A stretch of 64,000 nt of DNA from Haliotis rubra (taxonomy: Eukaryota): positions 1,984,001 to 2,048,000 of the forward strand of contig NW_025767401.1 in the NCBI RefSeq assembly GCF_003918875.1, given 5' to 3'. The notes under the pieces are model-generated. The model did not search any database. It was not told the DNA's origin and was given only the letters and a program-made list of their open reading frames with translations. Made by a program: the position numbers and the translations under genes. Positions 53,379 to 63,652 of the stretch are shown one piece after another (within the stretch, counting starts at the first letter, position 1; each line of letters begins with the position of its first letter).

Positions 53379-54444
53379 CATTGCAGGATATAATGTAAAG
53401 TTCGTTGGAAATTCACTATGATATTGCCATTCACCATCATTTTGATAATTAGTTGTAACATGTTTATATTAATTTTGCGAAAACAAACATATGCTAATGA
53501 ATAAATTGTGGTGTCAAATTAAGGTGATTTTGAATCCTTAATGAGACCAATTGTTCACAGAAAGGATACCGTAATTTTCCGGCATGTCACAAACACACGG
53601 AAAGGCGACTCAAATGTTCACCTGAACAACCAGTGATTTTAGAATTAGTGCGTATGTTCATAGAAATAAAAGCTGTTATGTTTGAGCTGTTGTCCTCCGG
53701 CACAATTCAGCGTATCTATACTAAATGCCACTGTTATTTTTAAATTCAGGTGATAAATAATGTATTGCATTTTCTCTGAAATTATTGATATCGCGTTGAA
53801 ATGCAACCTGTCCGTGTTCATTTTAAACGCATCAGTTTATAAATTGCTGTAAATCTAGGAGATTGCATATGAAACTTAGGTGCTCTTCTAATTTTACCTT
53901 TATGTCCGAACTGTCAGTTTTCGGAATAATAAAATTGACAAATCTCAAGAGCCATGAAGTGAATGTAAAGCACGGGCATGCTTCATACTTCAAGTTTTCA
54001 CATTTCAGCACTGTTTTTGTCTGCGATATTTGGCATCATCGTTACATCCCAACGACAACGACAGGTTGTTTCATACTTAAGAAAAACTACATAAACACGA
54101 GCGTTGTTTTGGCAGTCAATAATTTTAATTCATAAAAAAACGAGAAAAATACATTCGACATTTCACTTTTCAACGATAATGAAAAGATTGATTATACATT
54201 TGAAAGAATATGAAAGATTAATAGTTTCACTGCTGCACGCATACAGTGTAATACAGCCCATTTGGACACTGAGGAATGTAACGTTCGTTGAAGACTGTTG
54301 ATAACCAACAAGGGAATACAACATGAGAAATACATATGATTGACATGAAACTTGGTACATGACATGGCACAGTGGAGAGATTATTGGGCAACGTAGTGTA
54401 CGCATTAGACACATATATGTGTTTCCGTGTTTTTTTGTTTAACG

Positions 54445-54683
54445 GACCCGTGAAGGTCCGGGTTAGAATTGATCTTCAGTAACCCATGCTTGTCGTAAGG
54501 GGCGACAAACGGTAAAGGGTGGTCAAGCTCGCTGAAGTGGTTGACAAATGTCATCGTATCCCAGTTGCGCAGTGCTCATGCTGCTGATCACTGGATTGTC
54601 TGGTCCACACTAGATTATTTACAGAACGCCGCCATATAGCTGGAATATTGCTGAGTGCGACGTAAAACTAAACTCACTCACTC
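54445..54683 (+). mobile_element. SINE-like repeat, family H
   Basis: Full body, (ACTC) tail, TSD TTGTTTAACG. Confidence 0.9.
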
Positions 54684-54804
54684 TTGTTTAACGTGGCACT
54701 CAGCAATATTACAACTGTTTGCCTGCATATAAATACCTTAAGTGACAATTAGAAGTTGGTAAACAAAGAACTTTTATGGACTGACATCTTCTCTATTGCA
54801 ATAG

Positions 54805-54867
54805 GTGGGTGAGGTGAAGTTGGGTTTTACGTCGTGCTTGAGAATATTTCGCTCATATGACAACGTG
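54805..54867 (-). mobile_element. 5'-truncated family M SINE (3' 63 bp only)
   Basis: Matches the SINE 3' end (13610-13675); 13-bp TSD TCTATTGCAATAG (54792-54804, 54868-54880). Confidence 0.85.
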
Positions 54868-55034
54868 TCTATTGCAATAGATACGACGTTTCGGTGTAGA
54901 TGCTAACACCGTTATAGACATAATTGTAAAAGGTAAATCAACTAAGGCAAGAAATAAATAGTATCATTGTAAATATGACTTTCCTGAGATTCAGTTGTCG
55001 TCGCATGAAGTGAGATCATGCCCTTGTGCTTCTG

Positions 55035-55322
55035 TTATGAACAGTTACGTCTCCTCAACTCTCCTAGGATCTCGTGAAATGTGTGCGCTGCCGTTATAAG
55101 AACACGTCTGGCAAAGATCTGGAAGGATGGACATCCAGGAGGGATATGTCCCTCTTTTATACATATGTCTCTGAAGTGTGCAGTGTGTGGCATCATGCCA
55201 AATACGTGGCACAGCGGAATATGGTCGGCGATGTTGTTGATGTTCACATCGCATCCACCTCTCATCTCAATGAGTTTCAGGTTCAGATGAAGGAATGAAA
55301 GCTTGTTGTAAATAATTTCCAT
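55035..55322 (-). CDS. Secreted helical cytokine-like gene B, last coding exon (predicted helices B-D)
   Basis: ACAG acceptor, phase 0: MEIIYNKLSFLHLNLKLIE...C...IPLCHVFGMM...DIC...GCPSFQIFARRVLITAAHTFHEILGEL. Clearly paralogous to 63217-63531. Confidence 0.88.
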   Translation of the reverse strand: MEIIYNKLSFLHLNLKLIEMRGGCDVNINNIADHIPLCHVFGMMPHTAHFRDICIKEGHIPPGCPSFQIFARRVLITAAHTFHEILGELRRRNCS

Positions 55323-55753
55323 CTGTGGCGAGAAAGTGATGAAATGTTTTTAGAGAATGTAAATTATTTAACCTTTAAAACCAGTATTACATTAGCTGTA
55401 TTATCAACGTTCTGTAAAACGCTAGATTCAATACCCTATAGGAACGACGGAAAATATCTTTCTAAATGAAAACGACACTGTGGTTATTTATGAATATTGT
55501 ATAGTTATGCATTATTTTCCCCTATTCAACAACATCTATTCCAATTTTAACGTAAACGTGTTGTAAATTCTGTAAAAACTCAGATTCAATACCCTACAGT
55601 AGAGTCAGAAACGGTTTCATTCTGTAGCATGAAAATCATACTATTATTATTTATGAATAAAGTATAGATTACGTATTATTTCTTTTTCATATGCTGCAAC
55701 ATAAATCCAACGTTAACGTAAATTATTTTATGTTTGATGCATATATGGCTTAC

Positions 55754-55825
55754 CCATGAAAGATTTGTTGGAGTTTCAATATGGAGACGGTCAGTGCCGA
55801 AGTCATCGTTGTCAAACACCATTTG
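55754..55825 (-). CDS. Secreted helical cytokine-like gene B, coding exon 3 (predicted AB loop; not in ORF track)
   Basis: TTTTCCTAG acceptor, GTAAGC donor, 72 nt, phase 0/0: QMVFDNDDFGTDRLHIETPTNLSW. Paralogous to gene C exon 63653-63727. Confidence 0.85.
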
Positions 55826-55972
55826 CTAGGAAAAGATTAAAACAAAAAGATTCATAAACATACGGCGATGTGAACTGGTATAATATTTCCGTTTAACATT
55901 ACTCCGCCTATAGCGACATGCATGTAGGTGCCCGTGTCCGTCTGTGACTGCTTGTACTGGTCATTATCTAAT

Positions 55973-56085
55973 CTGGGCCTAGATTTTCGAAGTTCTCTTA
56001 GCGCTAAGATAGTCGTAAGTTAATGTTAATGTATGGCACTTACAACTATCCTAGCGCTAAGAGGGCTTCCAAAATCTAGGCCCCG
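55973..56085. mobile_element. Palindromic MITE, PIF/Harbinger-like, in intron 2 of gene B
   Basis: GGGCCTAGATTTTCGAAG...CTTCCAAAATCTAGGCCC; almost wholly palindromic. Confidence 0.8.
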
Positions 56086-56562
56086 GTTTATAGAGCTAAC
56101 CCACTGTGATACCAGGTCCCAGTTTATACTGATTCCTTGTCAACCAGTTCTTGTTAATGTACTTCCGGTTGACTACTAGGGTGACAGCAGGTATCATCCT
56201 TTAACGTGAGTTGGTATAACGCGATCGGCTCTCGAACTACCTAGATACTCTATCTACTAGATGCGGTTGGAGGAATGTGGAGGCACTAAAGTACTAGTTT
56301 TCTAATTCAGACAAAGGAAAATAAATATTTGTTTTGAAAAAACGCATTGATGATCTGAATTACATTGTTTCATTGAAAACGTGGTTAATCTGTAATGATG
56401 AAATTTCCTTATGATACCAACCTTTGATTCTCTAATTGAATGTGGGTTCACGAAATACCGACAGACCTGCTATTATTTTTCGTGCCAGTAGACCTAATGA
56501 TTAACATATACACTAAGTATTGGCCTTATTGCAAGATGCATGTCCTATGCACTTGTCTCTTT

Positions 56563-56690
56563 GCATATAAAATATTAATAAATATAAATAAAATATAAAT
56601 ATAATATAAATACAATATAGATATAATATAAATACAATATAGATATAATATAAATACAATATAAATATAATATAAATATAATATGATATA
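56563..56690. repeat. AT-rich simple repeat
   Basis: (ATATAATATAAATACAATATAG)-like repeats. Confidence 0.9.
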
Positions 56691-56780
56691 AAGAAAAGTA
56701 CAATCAATGCACTTTATCGTACTTGCTCCAGCACCACCTACTGATGGCAAGTCGTCCATGGACGTGTCAGCTAAACATAC

Positions 56781-57016
56781 CAGGTGCTGCCTTGATCGAT
56801 TCACGATTCTGTGAAGCCGTCGTATCTGGGCGATGAGTTCATGGCGGTCGTGGCAGTCGAGCGTTAGGTCTTCCTCAGACAGGTTGACGAGTTGACTGAC
56901 CGGCTGTAGGACACGGCCCGAACCTGTGCATGGTTGACATGTGTCAGACAGGTAACGGTTGACCACACACAAGCCATCTTGACTGACCAGGCACAGACAC
57001 AGGGCCATAGCGAACA
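56781..57016 (-). CDS. Secreted helical cytokine-like gene B, coding exon 2 (signal peptide, SDxCQPC, predicted helix A)
   Basis: TTCCAG acceptor, GTATGT donor, phase 1/0: FAMALCLCLVSQDGLCVVNRYLSDTCQPC...CHDRHELIAQIRRLHRIVNRSRQHL. Confidence 0.88.
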
Positions 57017-57253
57017 CTGGAAGATAGTGTATAGAGAAAGGTGTTTATAATCTGTATAAATAGCCTTACAAAGTAACTTAGCGCTGTCGTAAGTCTATGT
57101 TGAGGTCAAGAATTACGATCATCAGAGCAAAAAGATCACTTTGTACAACTCGCTGTTGTGGAATAATACATCATGTAAGAAGACTTGTACACATATGTGT
57201 TAGAAGAAAATCCGTTACGTACATAAACAAATAAATGAAATAAAATGGCCTAC

Positions 57254-57260
57254 ATTTCAT
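57254..57260 (-). CDS. Secreted helical cytokine-like gene B, coding exon 1 (M-K + 1 nt)
   Basis: GTCATGAAAT|GTAGGC on the minus strand, phase 1, giving MKLFAMALCLCLVSQDGLC. Mirrors gene A exon 1. Confidence 0.7.
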
Positions 57261-57331
57261 GACTGTAAAGTGAAATGATCTCTGGTACAGTGATTCAAAA
57301 TTAGTTATGCACTTACCAAAACAACTCTTGC

Positions 57332-57404
57332 TTTATAAGCACTTTGGACCTGAAACCTGGAAATTACTGAAACTTGAAGTCTCATAGCAAAAGTTTTGCA
57401 CAAT
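57332..57404 (-). promoter_or_regulatory. Putative promoter of gene B: TATAAA with kB-like and C/EBP-like motifs
   Basis: TATAAA on the minus strand at 57332-57337, ~75 bp before the ATG; GGAAATTACT 57359-57368; TTGCACAAT 57396-57404. Confidence 0.4.
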
Positions 57405-58296
57405 TTACATTATTACTAATAAGATGCGATCCTACTGGTCAGTTGATTCAAGATCTGGTTTATCCATCAACAACTATCAATTTCTTGAACCAGACAGAGT
57501 GCATTTAAATATAATATTTATTATACCCACAGTTGCATATAACCGGTGACCCATTAATGACATGGTTCAATGTTTCACAAGTAGGGTCCCATTAACAGTA
57601 TGGAAATTTATATATTCAAAGTTCACAATTCACAATAAAATTGGCAAATCACTGTAATCTCCATCGGTTGCAGCATGCACTGGCTGTGTGGGAACGATCG
57701 TCAATTCCTGATTCAGTGTTATCGTTGGTTTTAGATTTTATTACAAAGAAGAGGATTAGAAACCAATAGTTCTATTTTTATTATAATCTTTGGTATTGAA
57801 ATGAATATTTGAATGTTATCAACAAACCTGATAAAGCCTTATAATATGTTATTTCGTTTGCTACAAAGTCAGTAATCGCATGAAAACGATTTCTGTGGTC
57901 CCAGCTAACATATTGGTGCTTTCGTTTATTTTTCGTACAATTACTGAGTAAGGTCAGGGCAGATTTGTGGTTGCAATGACCGCTTTATCAAACCCCCACA
58001 TTGGTACAGTGTGTGAAGCCCATTTCTAGAGTCCCGAGCGGTGGTATTGTTGGAATAATGCTTAAAAATTTAACAGTCCACAACCACACAAACTTACATG
58101 CGCGCACACAAACAGAACATATATAACGATATTGTCATATTACTGGTTGTAAACTGTACGGAAGTGTGTGTTGCCTTGTTGGAAAGCTCATTAAATGGGG
58201 TTAGGTAAAGGAATTATTTCTGATATTTTTATCATTTACGGAATATTAAGATTTAGCAATAACTACAATTCGGATGCCACGTTAATTAAAAAAAAC

Positions 58297-58551
58297 ACCG
58301 TGAAGATCCGGGTTAGAATTGATCTTCAGTAACCCACGCTTGTCGTAAGAGGCGACTACTGGGATCGGGTGGTCATGCTCGCTGACTTGGTTGACACACG
58401 TCATCGTATCCCAATTGCGTAGATCCATGCTCAAGCTGTTGATCACTGGATTGTCGGGTCAAGACTTGATTATTTACAGACCGCCGCCTAATAGCTGGAC
58501 TATTACTGAGTACGGCGTAAACAAATGATAAAACTAAACTCACTCACTCAC
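58297..58551 (+). mobile_element. SINE-like repeat, family H
   Basis: Full body and (ACTC)n tail. Confidence 0.9.
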
Positions 58552-58639
58552 TAATTGAAAAAATATCCGTTTGATAAACTCTTAGCGAAGATTTCGATTA
58601 AACGTACGACACATTCCTCTTAGATAATAAACATGGTAC

Positions 58640-59515
58640 TTCAGAGTGACGTCATGTTTAATAAATTGTCTGAGAAGTTTGAAATACAGGCTGAACAGAA
58701 TATCACTTGAAACTATGTATAAATCATTTATGTTGCCTATCTTGGACTACTGTGATACCATCTGGGATTATTGTACCAAGGAGCAGGCTCATCTGATAGA
58801 GAAGCTACATCTAGATGCCCTTAGGACTATTTCAGGTGCAGTGAGAGGCACAAGTCACGATCAACTCTATGCTGAGACAGGATGTAGTTCCTTAGTGGAA
58901 AGGCGCCACTATCATAAATTATGTATGTTCTACAAAATGGTAAATAGGTTAACCCCACAATATCTCTCAATATGGGTACCACCAAATGTTTCTAATCAAA
59001 GCCACTATAATTTGCGAAACTCCGATAATCTCCAATGTAATGCAGGGCGTGTATCTTACTTAATAATTCTTTTCTCCTATCTACTGTTAAGGCATGGAAT
59101 TCGCTTGACATCAATATTAGAAATGTAGAGTCATTATCAAAATTTAAGAAATGTATATCCTGTGACATGACATTCTCCCCAACATTTAAAAATTATATAT
59201 CGTATGGTCCCAGGCGAGGTCAAATTCTTCCCTTTCGTTTGCGCCTGGGCTGCAGTGATCTCAACTCTCACTTGTTTGATAGATGTTTGTCAGACAGCCG
59301 AACCTGCTCCTGTGGAAACACTCGAGAGGATCCTCTCCATTATTTCCTTCAGTGTCCTCTATATGACAGGTTTAGATGTAATAAATACTTCCTTCAAACT
59401 AATATAAATTTACATGCTATTCTAAGCGGCGATGAATCTTTGTCTCAGTATGAAAACGAATTGATAATAAAATCGGTTTATAATTTCTTAAGTGACACCA
59501 ACCGGCACGAATGCG
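58640..59515 (+). mobile_element. 5'-truncated, frameshifted CR1/L2-type LINE (post-RT region and C-terminus)
   Basis: MYKSFMLPILDYCDTIW...ERRHYHKLCMFYKMVNRLTPQYL...YNLR and RLRLGCSDLNSHL...CSCG...EDPLHYFLQCPLY. Confidence 0.9.
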
Positions 59516-60005
59516 ACCAATTACATCAAACATATATTTCTCTTAAATCAGGCCATTTATTTGACATATATTTGGAGGCCCTAATGTGTATACTTGTAAA
59601 TATTTATTCGTTGTTACAAAATTATACATGTACTCTTTGAAGAAATGATTCCTTCAGTGACTTCTCTGGTAAAAGCCTAATTATATACAAGGAAAGTGGA
59701 AAGTTGTTATGTATAATCTAGAAGAAATAATTCTGTAACGGTTTGAGATCAAGTGACACATGCCTGAGTGCCGAAATTCTTAGCAATTTCTCTAAAGCAT
59801 TATCCAGAGACCTTTTTCATTTTAGCCGTATGAACTTGAAAACAGAAAAGGTATTGGTGGTAGGTGTTGAAAGAATGGCCAAATAGAACTCGAACTTATG
59901 AAACTATGGCACACAATCACCACTGTCATCCTCTTATATGAAGGATATGAAGAGCACATGCTATGAAACCCTTGTTAATATCTCAGTGTCGTTGTAATTG
60001 ATGTA

Positions 60006-60855
60006 CACTAAACGCCAAAAGAAACCCTTCTACCTTAATGAATTACTTAAAAAACTATCAAAGATATGTTAGAAGGCATTAGTTAACAAGAAAGCTTAAC
60101 AACACACTTTTATGCAAAAACATTCTCAAATGCATTCATATTTCGGTGAAATGCATGTTTTTGCAGAAGAGTTAAATTGTCCTATTTCCGCCCATGCCAA
60201 AATAAACTAATAACAGTGATTTAGATGTCCAAAAGAAAGGTTGAAATAAAATTCTGCTTTGGAACAAAGATAAACCATTTAAAGTCACCATTTTTAACTA
60301 TTAAAACAAGAAACAACCGTTGTAGAGTGTGTAAAATTGTAAAATAATAATTCCTATGATTTTAGTCTTTTAAAACTTTTTCTGATGATTTGCATTAGTG
60401 AAAACAAGTAAAACGTGTCTTTGATATTGTGAAAAAAATGTTTATTAACATCTACAATGATCTACAATGATCTTGCAAAGTAGCATTTTTCCATTTTCTG
60501 TTTACACATAGCAATATCAATCGCCAAAACGCAGCAATATTCAAGCAGTATTTGCATCCATTTCACATGTAGAATGATTCTATAGGGTATGAAGAGGGCC
60601 TAGAAAAGATGATATGATGGAAAATTGCAAGTAGTACGAGAAATATTACAGCTGAAGAGAGAGAAAGAGCCATTGGGATGGTGCAGATGGGGTCGACATA
60701 CAATGCTGCTGGCAACGCCCTCGGATGCCACCGTATCAAGGTTATAAGACTTATTCAGGACTTCAGACATACTGGGGTCACCCTAGACAGACCAGTTACA
60801 GATAGGTACCTCCTTCATTAAGGAAAGAGGGTAACCTTTCTTTTGGCGTTTAGTG
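60006..60855 (+). mobile_element. Internally deleted Tc1/mariner DNA transposon
   Basis: TIR CACTAAACGCCAAAAGAAA / TTTCTTTTGGCGTTTAGTG with TA TSD. 60637-60793 encodes the Tc1 HTH remnant RNITAEERERAIGMVQMGSTYNAAGNALGCHRIKVIRLIQDFRHTGVTLDRP. Confidence 0.9.
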
Positions 60856-61084
60856 TACATGTAGATATTGTTGTCATCCATCTTGGCAAGTAGGTGAATT
60901 GTAGAATTAAAAGCGACTAAACCATTTCCATATTCACAAGAAATGCAATTCCATTGTACGATTCCAATCATATGACTACATGGCTTTTGAATCACCTTTA
61001 AACAGTGTTTGTTTGTTCCATGTCTTCCAGCAGTGGTGTGTAAACATTCGAAGCAGTCCAGTGGAATACGATGACATGTGTTAA

Positions 61085-61272
61085 CAGTCCAGTGGAACCA
61101 CACGACGATGACATGTGTTAACATCAACCAACCCCTCAGTCAGAGATGACATATGTTAACCAAGTGACCACCCGATCCCGTTAGTCGCGATGACATTTAC
61201 AAGTCAAGACACCACACGACCCCGTTAGGCATGGGTTGCTGAAACCCAATTATAACCCGGATGTTCACGGGC
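61085..61272 (-). mobile_element. Rearranged family H repeat
   Basis: Repeated GATGACATGTGTTAAC and CACCCGATCCCGTTAGTCGC...GATGTTCACGGG segments. Confidence 0.65.
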
Positions 61273-62169
61273 CCCCACCAAACAGGGATACTACCAGATG
61301 TCCCCTGAAACAGTGAGCGTATCCTGCCCCACCAATGGGACAGTCGCACGCGATTTCTTACAAATCGATAGTTCACCACCGCCCCAGGGGACTATACGAT
61401 AGTCAACTAAAGGATGGTATCGGTCATCATTATGATCATTGTTATTGTTATCCTCCACATGTCTTCAATTATTCTTTTGAAAGCTTTACTGAGGCCAAGA
61501 ATGTGATAAACTTCAACACAAACGTCTGAGCAAGAGCCGCATGACGTTATTTGACGTCTGTGTAGAAAGTGCATGTTCGATTTTACTTCAAAAGGTGTGA
61601 AATGTAATCTTCAAAGGATGGACCTACTGAAATCCTGCTCGGTAAAAAGACAAGGTTGACGATTGGAAAGCAGAAGTCCCACTTGTCATACAGACTTATG
61701 GATATTTCACTTTCCTAACAGATCGATCTATGAAACAGACGAGACGATCTCACTTGTGTCCTTTATTTCTACCTCAGATGGATTACTCAGTAGAAGAGAA
61801 CGGGCTACTTGGTGGCTATTGAACGATGTAACTTGATTGATATACCCGAAGCTGACGTTAAACTGATTGGCCAAATCACCTTGTTTTGTCTTTGTCAATC
61901 CGAGCGAAAATTCCGATTCGTATGCTTAAAGAACCAGACCTGCAAGAAATGGAGCATTATGGGTGTCCATCGGGATGCCTACTTCTGGACTAAATGTTGT
62001 CAGTCTAAATTTGACACTGACGTCAACTCTGAGCATTTCACGTAGTTTTCAGTGTCACGTGACATCGAACCATAAACATCATGAATGAATAACATAACTT
62101 TGTCATCAGTTTTTGCAAGGAACATTCTTTTAATTCATAACGAGCAAGTAAAATGCACATTGTTTAAAT

Positions 62170-62512
62170 GAGGTGAGGTGAACTGGGGTTTAACGTCGTA
62201 CTTAAGATTATTTCACAGATATGATGACGTGCATACATGTGTATGTGTGGCTGCTTGTACTAGCCCAGACCTAAGCTGGTTTTATAGTGCAAGCTCACTG
62301 AGATACCATGCTGGAGCTAAGCATGAATACCCCACTCACACATTATACTGACTCCGAGCTGATTAAGCCATGTTATACCCATTAATGCCGAGCGCCAGGC
62401 AGGGACCAACAAGTACCATATTTTGACGTCTTTTGGTATGACGCGACCGGGATCGAACCCGCGACCTTCCGCTCTCCGGGCGGACGCTCTGACCACTACA
62501 GCACGGAGGCGG
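62170..62512 (-). mobile_element. tRNA-derived SINE, family M
   Basis: Reverse-complement match to 13318-13675, including A/B boxes and (CACCT)n tail. Confidence 0.92.
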
Positions 62513-63216
62513 TTTGTTTTAATAAGAACTGTTTGATCATCAATATAAATAATAATCTGTCAACACCATTGAATTAATTAATAATAGAATCATGGCAACA
62601 CAAAAAAACATCATCACGGAATCCTCAAGAAAGTGTTCATGCTAAACATAAATTGCACCTCAATGGAAATTGGCATTTAAAATATGCTTATATGTTGGCT
62701 TGATACATCATGATTATCCCTGACAACATACACTCCATATTCTCACACGCAATATTGTATGGTTGACAGTGACAAACAACACTCACACACTCACTCACAA
62801 TCATTAACAAACAAGCTCAACCATTATCAATGGTATACAGTTAATGATACGGCCAATAAATAGATATACAAAACAACAGCGCATGCATTGACCCAAAATA
62901 TTAATATTGGGTAATACACTTCAAATGTACAAATACACTAGTAAATTGATTTGCCATGTAGGCATAGCAATGGGTCATGGCACCATCGAATAGAGCTGTA
63001 GCTTGTCAGAATAGATCTTCAGTTCACTACCTTGTGAAATCTATGCACACTAGCTGCAACACTACAATCACGGATAAGTCAGATCTGTCAGACAATTCCA
63101 ACTGAATTTACTTTCTTTTCTGTAATAAAGACAACATTCTGTAAATGAGGAATTCTTGAAGCTTGAGGTGAATATCTGACATAGTGGAACTTAGCACAGA
63201 AACGGTATTTCCTTAT

Positions 63217-63531
63217 TCAATAACAATGACGTATTGTGTATCTCGTCAATTCACCTAGGATCTCGTTAAATGTATGCACTGCAGTTGTAAGGACGCGGTA
63301 TGCAAATAACTGAAAGGATGGACAAATTCCTGAAACGTGTCCATCTTTTCTGCATATGTCATTGAAACGTTCCGTCTGAGACGACCGGGCCATCATGTAG
63401 TGCATGTGACACAGGGGAATACACTGGGCTGTGTTGGCCGTATTCACTGAACATGCATATTTCCTTGGATGAGTCTCGATGAGTTTCAGGTGAAGGTGAA
63501 GGAAAGACAGTTGGTTGTAAATTCTTTCCAT
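63217..63531 (-). CDS. Secreted helical cytokine-like gene C, last coding exon (predicted helices B-D)
   Basis: TTTCAG acceptor, phase 0: MERIYNQLSFLHLHLKLIE...ICPSFQLFAYRVLTTAVHTFNEILGEL. Paralog of gene B. Confidence 0.88.
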   Translation of the reverse strand: MERIYNQLSFLHLHLKLIETHPRKYACSVNTANTAQCIPLCHMHYMMARSSQTERFNDICRKDGHVSGICPSFQLFAYRVLTTAVHTFNEILGELTRYTIRHCY

Positions 63532-63652
63532 CTGAAATAAGAAAATGATAATTAGAAACGGACAATATAGGACCATGTCTATTACAGGCTACACCGTTTA
63601 GTTAATCAGTTGCGTGTCTGCAGGAGCACACCTGTTAATGGATTTGACTTAC

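Noticed and set aside
56526-56780. C-terminal hydrophobic Y/I-rich tail of the 163-aa ORF as a transmembrane segment of gene B
   Set aside because: Lies past the GTATGT donor and derives from an AT-rich simple repeat in the intron.
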